From NCBI GenBank assembly GCA_026936335.1, contig JAPMXV010000052.1, forward strand, positions 124,001 through 188,000: a stretch of 64,000 nucleotides of DNA, written 5' to 3'. The notes beneath the pieces are model-generated. The model was not told the origin of the DNA. It made no database searches and saw nothing but the letters and a program-made list of their open reading frames with translations. Position numbers and translations under genes: made by a program. Positions 1 to 11,621 of this stretch are shown piece after piece (within the stretch, counting starts at the first letter, position 1; the number at the start of each line of letters is the position of its first letter). This DNA is from Mantamonas sphyraenae STR306 (taxonomy: Eukaryota; Protista; CRuMs).

Positions 1-7
1 TGTGTAC

Positions 8-31
8 GTGTGTGTGTGTGTGTGTGTGTGT
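8..31. repeat. (GT)n microsatellite in GrpE intron
   Basis: Perfect dinucleotide run. Confidence 0.9.
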
Positions 32-103
32 CAGTGGGTTCGCTCAGCTCTATGCTCGCTCACACACTCTCTCCTTCTTTCCCCTTCCTTCCAGCCAACT
101 CAC

Positions 104-947
104 TTGGGTTTGTCCAGGATGCCATTGTCGTACACACTGCCCACAGCACGCTCAAAGTTGTCTGCTACCTCAAGGAGGTCTTTGGTCAGTGCGCTGATGC
201 CAAACTCTTTGGCTCGGGCCACGTCTTCGCGGGCCACTCTGTGCACACAACACGACGACGCGGGGGTTAGCGACACGCACTCTCTTGCCACACAGGCGTA
301 GGATGAATGGGTTATTGGGCAGGAAGGGGACGGATGCAATGATGTGGCAATGTGTGTGTGTGCTGAATCGGAGGCAAAAGGGCGGACGGGGAAAACGCGG
401 AAAATGGCCGGAAGCCCAGGCGAGGGCCAAGGAGACGGACGAGGTGGAAACAGATGGAAAACGATGGGGAAGGGTGGGCCAAGGCAAAGCGAGCAATGTG
501 ACGGGCTGGATGGCATGCGAGTGCAACAAGCACACACGCTGTGCAAACGTACCGGCGGACGGTTTCCATGTCGGCGAGGCGACGCAGGTTGGTCTCCTGC
601 AATTCCTTGATCTGCTCCTCCAGAGCAGCAATGTGCTCGTGGGCCTCGTCGAGCTGGGGATGGCCAGTCTTGGTGACACCCTCACCCTGGGCATTGTCCT
701 GTGCATTGTCAGCGTCAGCGTCAGCGTTGTCGGCTGTCGGCTGTGTCTTGTCGTTGTCGGTGTCGAGAAGCACACGTGTGGTCCACGAGAGGCCACGTGT
801 GCCCTGTTGCTGTTGTGCGTGCTGCATGTTGTTGCACAGGGAGGCCAACCCCAGGCCCTCCACTGCACTCCCTGAACTGAGGCTGGCTGCCACCACGTGA
901 CTGGCCACAGGCACGGTGCGACTACTGCTGCTGATTCGGGAAAACAT
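104..947 (-). CDS. Mitochondrial GrpE nucleotide-exchange factor (Mge1/GRPEL-like), 3'-truncated by window start; exons 947-553 and 238-104
   Basis: Presequence-like N-terminus (MFSRISSSSRT...), then LRRLADMETVRR|VAREDVARAKEFGISALTKDLLEVADNFERA, the GrpE signature, joined in frame by a gtacgt...cag intron. The next donor is gtgagt at 103. Confidence 0.93.
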
Positions 948-1012
948 CTCTCGTCGTCGTGGTTGCAGCGGCGCAGGTCCATCCAAACGAACGCCATCCC
1001 CTTCAGACACGA

Positions 1013-2339
1013 ATGACCAACGTGCAGATACGCACTGCCCTGGCTAGCACCGAGCACACGGGCAAGTGCAAGTTGACCATGATGCTGTTGGAAACAGTGC
1101 CCAAGGAGGTGAGGAGGCACAGACACACACACACCCACCACCACCGCACACACAAACACGCACACCAACGCACGCGGGGATGCTTGGGCTGTGCAACGCA
1201 GGTTTACGCTGCATTCATCCATCATCAGTCCATGGACACGTGTGGTGTACCCAGGGCATGCGTGTGTGTAGAGCAGAGCCCAGCTGGGAGGGGTCTTGCC
1301 AGGCGGGAAAAATCCGGCCGTTTTTGCAGGGAGTGGGATGGGTTGTGCAGGAGGGAGAGTGGCGCACTGACACCCATGGGATGGGATGGAATGGATGTGT
1401 GGGATGTCACAGATCATGTGTTTGCCATACGTCGAGGCGATCCGGGACCTGGACCTGAGTTGCAACCAGGTGGAAAAGCTGCCGGCAGGGATCTCGCGCA
1501 TGGTGAACCTGACCAAGTTGAATCTGAACTGGAATCGGATTGCAGAGTTGCCCGATGAATTGGGAGACCTGAGTGGACTCAAGCAATTGCAGGTGAACTT
1601 CAACCAGCTTCGTACGCTGCCCGGGTGTCTGGGACGCCTGAGCAGCCTGCGTGTGTTGCATGCAACGGACAACGAGCTGACGAGTGTGAGCGCAGAGTTG
1701 GGTGAGTTGAGTGACCTGCGTGTGCTCAACCTGCGCTACAACAGCATCAAGGAGTTGCCAAACACCCTGGCCAATCTGGCAGGCACCCTGCAGGAACTCA
1801 ATGTCAATGGCAACCCTGTCACATACCCTCCACAGGACATTTGCTACGATGGCACCACAGCAATCCTAAGCTATCTGGCTGGCCATGGCGATGGGTTGCA
1901 GTTGGTGGCTGTTAGTCTCGGGAGCAGCTTGGGGAGCAGCGGCAGTAGCAGTAGCAGTGGCAGTGGCAGTGGCAGTGGCAGTGGCATGGCCACCATCTCG
2001 ACACCTCCACGTAGCAGCAGGGATTCACGAAGATATGGAACATCGACACGGAGGAATAGGACCATGGTGGGAGGAGGGGCAGGAGGGGGTGGGTCGCAGG
2101 AGGATCAACAACAGCAGCAGTTGACGCTGTCTGCACCTGCTCGTCTTCATCGACGCAAGACAGCCAACCAAAGCACACGGCTGCCTCCTGCACACAGCAG
2201 TGTGGATGTGGACGAGAACAGCCACGAGGTGCGTGTGATTGATCTGGACGAAGAGTTTGCCGACGCACAAGGCGATGCAGACATCGAACAACTGCCCCAA
2301 CTGTACACGCGGCGACCTGGGCTGCAGCAACACTCGTCC

Positions 2340-2386
<47 letters not shown>

Positions 2387-4084
2387 TTCCGCTCTGCCAC
2401 GGGGCAAACTGCAAGGGAGCATGGGCGGATGGTGGCATTCAATGGAAGACGAGGAGAACAACAACAACGAGGAGATGATTGGATCTGGACATGGCTCGTC
2501 GTCGTATTCATCGTCCTCAGGTGGCACAGGAAGCAATGTGGGGTCGCCTGCGTCTGTTGACTCGCCAGGATCAAACGCATCGCCTGGAGGCAACGCAGGG
2601 TCAAACTCAGGGTCTGGGACGGGTTTGTCGGCGGGAGGACAGTGGACAGTGCCATCTGTGCCAAAGAGACGTGCAAAGAAGCGGTCGTCGCGAGCGTGGA
2701 GTGCACACAAAGCACAGGCGGACTCTGCGCTGCGTACGATGCAGTCATCGGTGCAGAACCTGCAAACGCTGTTGAGCAGTGAACAGAGACGGTATGGGCC
2801 ACGGGGAAGCAGCGCAAGTGCCAGTCACCAGGGCAGGCGGAGGTTGCGTGCTGTGGGCAACAGCACCAGCGGCGGGGGCAGCGGAAGGAGGGAACAGCAT
2901 CAGCAGTCGCAGTCACACGAGCAACACATGCTGGAAGATTTGGATGTGATGCAACATCACAGTGGCCACCACATACAACAGCAGCCACAGCAGCCACAGC
3001 AGCAAACGCGTACCACGACAATCATCACCACAACATCGTCCTTGCCACGCACGCGGACAAGCGGGTTGTCGGCAGTGTCATCGTCGACTGTGATTGACAA
3101 CAACAGCAACAACAGCAACAACAGCAGCAACGGCAGGGGTGTCTCACGAGGAGGATTGCGAACACCACGTCAGCAGAGCGCATCGCGAGGGAGATCGTCC
3201 CTACGACTGTACGGCACCTCAAGAAGCAGCCCAGCAGCAGCAGCAGCAGCAGCAGCAACAACCACAGTGGCAGCAGCCATGGACAAGAGGGACTGCGTTT
3301 GCGCAGCTCCAACTATGTGAGCGAACAGATGCGACGGGACGAGGAACTACAGTCTGAGATTGAGAGTGTGCGTGCAGTGCTGTTGCGCACCAACCCCAAC
3401 ATGCTTCCCTTCTTTGAAGAGGCGTTGGAGGAGGAGAGTGCAGCCATGGCGTTGTCCATGGCAGGAAGAGGCACACCGCGACAGCGACACAGCCACCCCG
3501 ACCACCACCACCACAACGATGACGACGACGACGATGATGACGATGATGATGATGACATGGACGACGAAGTGGACGACGTGACCCCCGAAGAGTGGCAGTC
3601 GGCCATGGAGGCCATGTCGTTGCGGGTCAGCCACGCTCCGGTGCACTCACGATACCGCAGTCAGCAGCTCGTTCAACAGCACGCACAACACACACAACAG
3701 CAGCAGCAGCAGCAGCAACAACATCAACATCATCCATACGACTACGGAGGAGGCGGCTACGGTGCCAGTTCGCCCAAGAAGAGCCCCAAGAAGAAGGAGG
3801 AGAAGGAGGAAGAGCCGCCCGTGTGGAATATTCCTGACAACGTTCAGGTGCCCTCCCACTTTCTGTGTCCCATCACCTGCGAGCTCATGCGTGTGCCCGT
3901 GGTTGCCACCGATGGTCACACATATGAAAAGGTGGCCATTGCCCGCTGGTTCAAGAGCTCCGCAAAGTCCCCCATGACCGGCGACCTGGTGCCCTCCAAG
4001 GTCCTCACACCCAACTTTTTGCTCAAAAGCATGATTTCCGAGTTTATCGACAACAATGGCATCAGTCTGGAGACTGTGGCGTGA
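1013..4084 (+). CDS. N-terminal LRR + long low-complexity linker + C-terminal U-box protein (putative E3 ubiquitin ligase); intron 1109-1412; apparent -1 frame break near 3230
   Basis: About 5 LxxLxLxxNxLxxLP repeats in ORF 1386-3320 and a U-box (VPSHFLCPITCELMRVPVVATDGHTYEKVAIARWF...SPMTG...LTPNFLLKSMISEF) in ORF 3299-4084. One extra C at the CCC run 3230-3232 joins the two frames. The fusion into one gene is inferred. Confidence 0.8.
2340..2385. repeat. (TCATCG)n coding hexamer repeat encoding poly-Ser
   Basis: About 7 tandem copies, in frame as TCA TCG. Confidence 0.85.
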
Positions 4085-4135
4085 ACGGAAACAATGCAGT
4101 GGTGTGTCCCTGTCCCAATCCTGGTGTGTCTTGCA

Positions 4136-4196
4136 TGTGTGTGTGTGGTGTGTGTGTGTGTTGTGTGTTGTGTGTTGTGTGTTGTGTGATTGTGTG
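4136..4196. repeat. Imperfect (GT)n/(TGTGTGT)n repeat in a convergent intergenic gap
   Basis: Read directly from the sequence. Confidence 0.85.
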
Positions 4197-4231
4197 CCGA
4201 GTGTCTCTGTTGTGCCAGCCAGAAACACCGC

Positions 4232-4352
4232 TCAGCGGCGACCGCGTCCTCGTCCACCTCCGCCGCGACCACGGCCACGGCCCATAAAGCGAGCTCGGCC
4301 CATGCCCATTGTCGAGTTTCCTGGAGTCTTGCCCATGTTCTGTGAGTATGTG

Positions 4353-4389
<37 letters not shown>

Positions 4390-5130
4390 CAAGTGTGGTG
4401 TCAGCTCTCTGCGTGTCGTGTGTCTGCCCTCTCTGCCCTTGTGTTCATCACTCCTTCTTTGATCCTCCCCCCCCAGAGTCTACCATGCCACAGAGTGTCC
4501 AAGGGTGACCCACACCCGGTGCTGTGTCTGTGCATGTGCCTCCCTGGGTGCTGACGGCCACTCGCGCGTCTTCCGCATTTCTGGCGCCAGCAGCCGGCGG
4601 ACACACAAAGGGCCGTCAAACACGCACACAGACATGCGGGAGAGCCAAACACGGGGCAAACGGAGCATACGCGCATGTGGCATGTAGCCATACACCTACC
4701 TTGAAGAATGGGGCGTTCTTGAGCATGCTGGGGAGCACAAAGTAGCGCACCTTGGAGCCTCGCACGTAGCACGCCTCCAGTTTCCTCTTGGAGCCGTCCT
4801 TCTGGGTGAGCTCGACCTTGGACAGAGACACATTCATGGAATCCTCCGCCTCTTCCAGTTGTCCCACGTACACCTCTCCTGTCTTGAGTTCAATGGTCAC
4901 CGGGTGGCCCACGGCCTCGTGAAGCAGCTTCAGCGGCACTCCGATCGGCTTTCCCTTCTGCTTGGTGGACTGTGTGTGTGTGTGGGGGGTGGTTGGTGGG
5001 TTTGATCGGGCGATGATGGCCAAGTGACGGGGGTGGATGACATCGGTTCCGTTTGAGAGACGGGTGTGAGTGGTGGGGTGGGGGGGTGGGGTGGGGTTGG
5101 ACGTTGTCGCAGGCAGCTCAAACAAACCAT
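4232..5130 (-). CDS. SNRPD3: Small nuclear ribonucleoprotein SmD3; exons 5130-5128 (ATG only, inferred), 4969-4700, 4339-4232
   Basis: IGVPLKLLHEAVGHPVTIELKTGEVYVGQL...YVRGSKVRYFVLPSMLKNAPFFK is the SmD3 Sm fold. The last exon encodes the RG tail GRGRGRGGGGRGRGRR*. Confidence 0.95.
4355..4384. repeat. (TG)n microsatellite near the 3' end of SmD3 intron 2
   Basis: Perfect dinucleotide run; (CA)n on the sense strand. Confidence 0.9.
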
Positions 5131-5223
5131 TGGCAAACTTCTTTCGTGGCCCCACCAGCGCACGCTTTGCCATCTGCTGCCCAATCCACCCACCCCAACA
5201 CCCACATTTCATACTTGCAACCA

Positions 5224-5601
5224 ATGAGCGAAAGTGAAACAAAGGCCAGCAGCAGCAGCAGCAGCAGCAGCAACGATGCTGAGGAGGAGAACACAGCGAC
5301 CACGGTGACGCTGACGGTGTCTCCGTTTAAACAGGATGACCTTGTGTTGAGCAACGTGGATGTGGAAAGCAGTGTGGAGAGCCAGGCAAATGCTTTGGCT
5401 GGCCTGTTTGGTGTGCCTGGAGCCTACCAGAGGTGGATGTTCAACGGCACCGACTTGCAAGCAGACCAGACCTTTGCCGCACAGGGAATCACCCAGGATG
5501 CCACCGTGTATGTGTTCTTCCTCAAACCCAAAGTGGGGGAAAGCACCCTCAAGGTGTCATCCTTCAGCATGGCAGACAATGACGGCGACAAAGCGCAGTG
5601 A
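5224..5601 (+). CDS. Small ubiquitin-like (beta-grasp) domain protein
   Basis: GVPGAYQRWMFNGTDLQADQTFAAQGITQDATVYV resembles the ubiquitin pattern GIPxxQQRLIFxGxxLxDxxTLxxYxI. There is no C-terminal di-Gly. Confidence 0.7.
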   Translation: MSESETKASSSSSSSSNDAEEENTATTVTLTVSPFKQDDLVLSNVDVESSVESQANALAGLFGVPGAYQRWMFNGTDLQADQTFAAQGITQDATVYVFFLKPKVGESTLKVSSFSMADNDGDKAQ

Positions 5602-5745
5602 AATCTCCTGGCACACTCCACACTCCACACCCTCCACCCCCCGAATGAATCAACTCCATCCATTCCATTCCATCCATCCATTCCACTCTCCCATTCCCGT
5701 CCCCCATCCCATGCCCCTTCTTCCGTTGTGTTGTCTGCGTGCGAC

Positions 5746-7459
5746 ATGGCAGCCAACTCGAAACCCATGTCCGAATCCGTTGCGAGTTCGCACACGTCGG
5801 TAGCAGCCTCCACCGCGTCCAACAACACCTCCACAGCATCATCCCGTGATGCACCTGCACCTGCATTGGGATGGAAGGGTCTGCGATGGGATCCCCGCCA
5901 TCGGGCATTGCTGACCGTGGCTGTGGGCTTGTTTCTGGACCTGCTCGCCGTGGGCTTGGTCTTGCCCATCCTGCCACAGATCAACTTAAGCCTGGGAGGC
6001 AACGATGCCACCTGGGGTTATGTCCAGTCCATCTATGGCCTGGCTCAGTTGCTCTCTTCTCCCGTGGTCGGTCGCATCAGTGACACCCACGGACGCCGCT
6101 TTGTCATGCTTCTTTCCTCTGCAGGCACACTCCTCAGCTACTTTGCCTCTGGAGTGGCTCCCAATCTCACCATCCTCTTTCTCTCTCGCATCCCCGTAGG
6201 TTGCCCCACACGCGTGTGTGCATGTCCCTTCCTTCCACAGCCCCGCCTCCCCCCACCTCTGCTCTGTGTGGGCTCCGATTCCGCTCTTGACGTCACTTTC
6301 CGCCGTGTCCGGCCAAGTCCCCCCCGGCTACCCGCTGACACCCCACACTTTCGCTGTGTAATCACCACAGGTGGGCCTCCTCAAACAATCCGTCACCATC
6401 TCCCAAGCCTATGTGACAGACCTGACCACCGATGCGGAACGAGCCCACTCGTTGGGCTTGATCAGCATCCCCATTGCCCTGGGCTTCACCATTGGCCCTC
6501 CCCTGGGAGGCCACCTGAGTGCCGAGTATGGCCTCAGTGCCCCCTGTGTTGTGGCCTCCTTGCTTCTCACCATCCAGTTCACTCTGGCCTACTTCCTGCT
6601 GCCCACACCCGAGATGTGTGCCAAAATCCAGGCCGAGATCCAAGCGGGCAACCAACCGGAATCCAATCGCCTGTGTCCTCGTCCCAGGAAGGGTGGCAAG
6701 AATGGGCAGAAAGAGAGTGGGAGCAAGAGGGAGATGGTGGCACAGGGAGCCACTGGGGAGAAGCAAGGCGAGCAAGGGCAACAACCGAGCAAGACGATTG
6801 GCGAGCGACTGTGGGCCACCCTGAAGCCCTTTGTGGATGCCTTCCGGACCAAAACCATCCGTCCACTGCTCATTGTCATGTTCCTTCTCTCTCTGTCCTT
6901 TGTCATCATGCAGTCGAACCTGGCCAACGTGGGCATCCGCAAGTTCCACCTCAGCCAGACACACAATGGCTATCTGATTGCCACCGTCGGGGCCACAGGC
7001 CTCCTTTCCCAGAGTCTGCTTGTGGGCCAGCTCACCAAACACTTTACGGAACGGCAGATGCTTATTCCTTTCCTGCTGCTGCTGAGCATCACCCAGTTTG
7101 TGGGGGCGTATGCAGACGATGTGCTCACCCATCTGTTGGCCACCATCCCCATGATCATCTGTGGAGGGGTGGCTCGCATTTCCGTCACCTCTCTGCTCAC
7201 AAAGAGCATTCAACAGGACGCCATTGGCTCCCTCCTGGGTCTCAATGCCTCTGTGGAGAGCCTGGCCAGGGTGTTTGGTCCTGTCATCGGTGGTCAACTC
7301 AAACAGTACCACGAAGACTACCCCAACTTCTTCTCATCCGCCACCAGCTTTGCCGTCGTCGTGCTCATTGTCTTTGTCCTTGACGTGCGACAGCCTGACG
7401 AGGAGGATGACGCCGCTGCCACTGACACGGACGCCCAACAACGGAAAAAGACACAATGA
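5746..7459 (+). CDS. MFS transporter, MFSD9/SLC22A18-like; intron 6196-6370
   Basis: MFS motif A (GRISDTHGRR), about 12 hydrophobic segments, and the spliced junction SRIP|VGLLKQSVTISQAYVTD resembling MFSD9. Confidence 0.9.
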
Positions 7460-7714
7460 ACTCCCCACCAATGCTGCCAGTCACACCCAATCGAAGTGTT
7501 TTTGGTTTAGGTTTGTTTTGTAGGTGTGTGTGTGTGGTGTCACCTCTTCTGGGAATCCCCATCAGGAGCAGCGGCGGCCCTGGTGGCGGAGTCCTTGAAT
7601 TCTCCCTTTGAAGCCCTCTCCTCCCATGCGGCGGCTCCTTTGTGCGCGTCTGTGTGTGCGCAGGAACACGCCGTGTCACGTGCGGAATGGCTTCCCTCCA
7701 CGGTGGGAGGCCCT

Positions 7715-9850
7715 TCAGAAGGAGAAGGAAGAGGCAAACAGGTCAAGGAGGACCTTCTCGATGGACCCCTCGTGCTGGATGAGGAGAGCCTTGTTGTGAG
7801 CGGTGTCGTTGAAGCCCATCTCCTCCAGATGCTGCAGCTCCTCAGCGTACGCAAACAGGTCGGCATGGGACAGGACCACAGGCTCGTCACCCACGACCTC
7901 GGCCACAGGGAGCTGGCTGATGTCCTCGTCCTCGTCCTCATCCACCTCGTCTTCTTCCTCCTTGACGTTGATGTGCACCCACACACGCGAGCCAAAACGG
8001 TCGCCGTTGGGAGCCACGAAACGGTAGGTGGCACGGTAGCTGCCGGGAACAGACGGGGCCACAAAGTCAAGGGCGACATCGAGAGCACTCTTGGCCTGTG
8101 CGGCATCGACCACCACCTCCTGGGCAGCACCTGCCGCAAGGAGATGGTCACCCGAGGCCCAGACGAGACGCACATGCTCGGGCCATGCCTCGTCGCTTGC
8201 GTTGAAGACACGCCAGATCTTTGTGAACTGGGCGTTGGGTGCAAGGGTCATGCCATCGTCAATGGTCACATCCTCCACAAAGCGAGCCGACAGCTTGGGC
8301 TTGCTGGCCTGCTTGCGGTGGTTGCACCACTGCTCAAACATGTTGTTCACCATGTCCTGGCCACGTGCACCCTGTTGCTGCTGGTGCTGGTGCTGGTGCT
8401 GGTGCTGCTGGTGTTGCTGCTGTTGCTGAGCCCACGAGTTGGCCTGATGGCCAAACATCTGCTGGGCAAACTGCTGGAGTCCCATGGCAAACGGGTGGTG
8501 TGCACCCGACTGCATGTGAGCACCTGCACGTCGGTGGCAACCACCACCGGGGGTGGGGTGGTTGGCATGCCAGTGACGCACCACAGGCTGCACGTGACGT
8601 GCCATGGCGTGGGTGGCCTTGTGGTTGGCCGACGTGACCCCCGCCTCTTCGCAGTCCTCGCACAGGTCATAGTCCCAGCACTCGGAGCACTTGAAGCGAT
8701 CACCACGCAGTGGGGACTGGCCACAGCCGTCGCAGGTGATGCCCACGTGCACCACACGCGTGTCCTCCTGCTTCTGCTGGGGTGCCTCAAACTCGCTCAC
8801 TCGGATCTTGAGCATGGTGTGGGACACATCGTGACCCAACGTGGCTGCCTCCAGCGCACGGTTCTGCTCGCAGTCGTCGCAGAGGTCAAAGTCGAAGCAG
8901 GTGGTGCACTTCCAGCGCACTCCTGCAATCGGACCCACTCCGCACACGTTGCACGACACACGGTGGTGCAACACCTTGCCAGACTCGTCGGAACTGGAGC
9001 TGGAGCTGGAGCTGCTGCTGCCGCTGCTGTTGCCGCTGCTGCTGTTGCTCTGAGGCTCAAACAGAGGACCGGTGCCCGTCAGGCTCAAGCAGGAAGGATC
9101 CGCCAGGATCTGGGCCAGGATCTCATGTCCCATGGGCATGCGCTGCACCTTGTCCATCACCTTGTCCATCAGAGTCACCATGCGCTCCGGGTTGTTCTGC
9201 AACACCGAAATGGCACCGGCCACGTCGCTGACTCCCAGGCTCTCCTTCAACTCGTCCAGCAACTCGTTGAGCTTGATATCCATGGACACTGTCACCTCCT
9301 CCTCCTCCTCCTCCTCCTCCTCAGGTGTGTTGTTGTAGTTGTAGTTCTGCTCCTCCGTCACGTCCTCCACCTCCACGCTGGGGACGTCCTCGTACAGAAA
9401 CTCGTCCTCGAATGGCAGCTGCTCGGAATTCACGGCTTGTTCCGACTGCACATCCTCCGAGGCGGTGGAATCCACAGGCTGTTCCGACGTGTCGATGTTG
9501 CTGGAGGCACTGAGTTCCACCAGGGGCATGGTGTCGAACACGAATGGCTCGTCGTTCACGGGGGCCTGGGCAAAGGAGAAGGAAGTTGCGTCGGTGTGGT
9601 GCTCCACAGGCACCACGTGCACACGCAGCAGTGGCTTGTCCAGCTCACTGGCATGATGCATGGCTTCTTCAAACTCCACCTGGTTGCTCAGTGTCACCAG
9701 GTCGCCATCTTCGTCCACGTACTTCAGTGCCACGCCGCTCGAATCCAGACGGAAGAGCGAGAGCACCTGAGCACGGAACTCGACAAAGTCGCTGCCGTCA
9801 TCGATGCTGATGCGGCGCAGGTCGTTGTCCATGTGCAGTTTCACCAACAT
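7715..9850 (-). CDS. NBR1: NBR1-like selective autophagy receptor (PB1-ZZ-ZZ-FW-UBA), intronless
   Basis: PB1 (LKYVDEDGDLVTL), two ZZ fingers (CNVC...WKCTTCFDFDLCDDCE and CDGC...FKCSECWDYDLCEDCE), NBR1 FW domain (ARFVEDVTIDDG...FTKIWRVFN...FGSRVWV) and UBA (LEEMGF). Confidence 0.92.
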   Translation of the reverse strand: MLVKLHMDNDLRRISIDDGSDFVEFRAQVLSLFRLDSSGVALKYVDEDGDLVTLSNQVEFEEAMHHASELDKPLLRVHVVPVEHHTDATSFSFAQAPVNDEPFVFDTMPLVELSASSNIDTSEQPVDSTASEDVQSEQAVNSEQLPFEDEFLYEDVPSVEVEDVTEEQNYNYNNTPEEEEEEEEEVTVSMDIKLNELLDELKESLGVSDVAGAISVLQNNPERMVTLMDKVMDKVQRMPMGHEILAQILADPSCLSLTGTGPLFEPQSNSSSGNSSGSSSSSSSSSSDESGKVLHHRVSCNVCGVGPIAGVRWKCTTCFDFDLCDDCEQNRALEAATLGHDVSHTMLKIRVSEFEAPQQKQEDTRVVHVGITCDGCGQSPLRGDRFKCSECWDYDLCEDCEEAGVTSANHKATHAMARHVQPVVRHWHANHPTPGGGCHRRAGAHMQSGAHHPFAMGLQQFAQQMFGHQANSWAQQQQQHQQHQHQHQHQQQQGARGQDMVNNMFEQWCNHRKQASKPKLSARFVEDVTIDDGMTLAPNAQFTKIWRVFNASDEAWPEHVRLVWASGDHLLAAGAAQEVVVDAAQAKSALDVALDFVAPSVPGSYRATYRFVAPNGDRFGSRVWVHINVKEEEDEVDEDEDEDISQLPVAEVVGDEPVVLSHADLFAYAEELQHLEEMGFNDTAHNKALLIQHEGSIEKVLLDLFASSFSF

Positions 9851-10484
9851 GGTCCTTGTTGTTGTTGTTGTTGTTGTTGTTGTTTCTTGGTTCGTGTGGG
9901 TCGTTTTTTGGGGGGTTTGCGTTTCCGTTTCCCTTCACGGTGTGATTGGTTTTTCGCTTGTTGTTGCTGTTGCTGTTGAGCTTGCTTGATGCAGGTTGCT
10001 TGCTACGCTGGCGTGCGTTGAACCAAAAAGGTGTCTCCGAGACGTTGGTTCAGGTTACGAGTGCAGGTGTGGGTTCAAGGGAAAGGGAAAATCCGTTTCG
10101 CTTGGGTTTTGTGTTTTCTTGGCGCGATGAGGCGGAGCAGGGCCCCCACCTTTTTCAAAGCAACCATGGCTCCCACAATTTCCGGCTACCGGCGATGGCA
10201 CCATGGATCCCACATGCGATGGCTGTGCGAATGCCATTGTCCATGGCTTCCTCTATGCATGGTGGTCGGAACGTCTGCGACTGCAGCCGGAAGCGGAAGG
10301 GCAGCCACGTGGCGAATTCACATGTGCAGTGTGCAGTCACTCGACATCCGGGCTCTGTCGCATGTCAAGGAAGCACGGGAGGCCATTGCAGCTCATGGTG
10401 GCATGGGGTCAGAGGGAGATGCGACAAAGGCACCAATCTTTCCTCCTGGCGCTGCCCACAAACCCACCCACGTTGTTTTGGCAA

Positions 10485-11586
10485 ATGCAGAAGAGTTTGG
10501 TGTTGAAGGTGTACGACCTGCTCATGGACGATGCTCATGGGAACTGTCTACGCTGGCTGGACGAAGAACCGGGCTTTGTGGTGACGGATGAGCACGAGTT
10601 TGCACGCAGTGTGCTGCCGCAAAAATTCTCGCACAACAACTTTTCGTCGTTTGTGCGTCAGCTGAACGGCTACGGCTTCACCAAGCGTCGATCAGGCACA
10701 GAAGTTGTGTTCCGACACCCGGACATGGTTCAAGGGGACTACGAGCGCGTGGCTGCGATCCAGCGCAGGAAAAAGCGCAAGAAGGACGACGAAGGCGGGT
10801 ATGGAGGAGACGTCAAGCGCAGCCGCAGCGAGTATGACGAGTACGGCGGAGATCACATGGGAGGAACGGCGTCCAACACACAGTGTATGTTGTGCAATGA
10901 CGGGTGTGTGGAGCAGCACATGGCGATGGGTACACGGGGCAGAGCACACACGTGGAGCTGTGTCCTGAGACGCGTCCGTTCGGTAGCAAGAAACGCCTGG
11001 ACGCACGTCGATGGCCACTCACCCACTCACCACTCACACGCAATCACCCAACACACTCAGTGATCAACGTGCTTGCTCGCACGACAGAGAACAACATTGC
11101 CATGCAACACACCATCCAAACGCTGTCATCGAGGCAGGAGCAGGTGGAGCGGAAACTTCTCGAAATGGAGCGACAAGCGGAACAGTCCAAGGCGGAGACG
11201 CGTGCAGTGGAATCGAGGAACCGGATGACGACGGAAGTGATGACAGGGATGCTCAAGTTCCTGGTGCAGGTGTGCATGTCTGACGTGTTGCCCATGGACG
11301 ACAAACCGTGCAAGAACACCAAACTGCGGTACCTGTGCACAAAGCTCACCAGCAGGAACCTGGAGGACAGGCAATCGGCTGTGCAGAGCTTCAAGGTCAT
11401 TGCCACCGAAATGGAGTTTAGTCCCGAACAGGATCTGGGATCGTGGAACAGTCTCATGGAGCTCATGGCACCCATGAACAACCGGGAGCAGAAGGAGGTC
11501 CGCACGTTGGAGAACAATGGTGCAAAGGCCCCACACCTTGTCGAACAGGCCATGGAGGATATGAACAACCTGACACGTGGAAAGGA

Positions 11587-11621
<35 letters not shown>

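Noticed and set aside
1925-3260. Homopeptide tracts (poly-S, Q, D/E, H) as a distinct system
   Set aside because: Trinucleotide slippage repeats are pervasive in this window and common in many protist proteomes.
7526-9979. Long antisense ORFs (817 aa here; also 46854-49001, 25850-27484, 53586-55064)
   Set aside because: They mirror well-supported genes. Rarity of TTA/CTA/TCA sense codons removes antisense stops, and the translations show no domain motifs.
9851-10484. Heat-shock elements or a separate gene in the NBR1-HSF gap
   Set aside because: No perfect GAAnnTTC array was seen and the ORFs there lack recognisable features. An upstream HSF exon remains possible.
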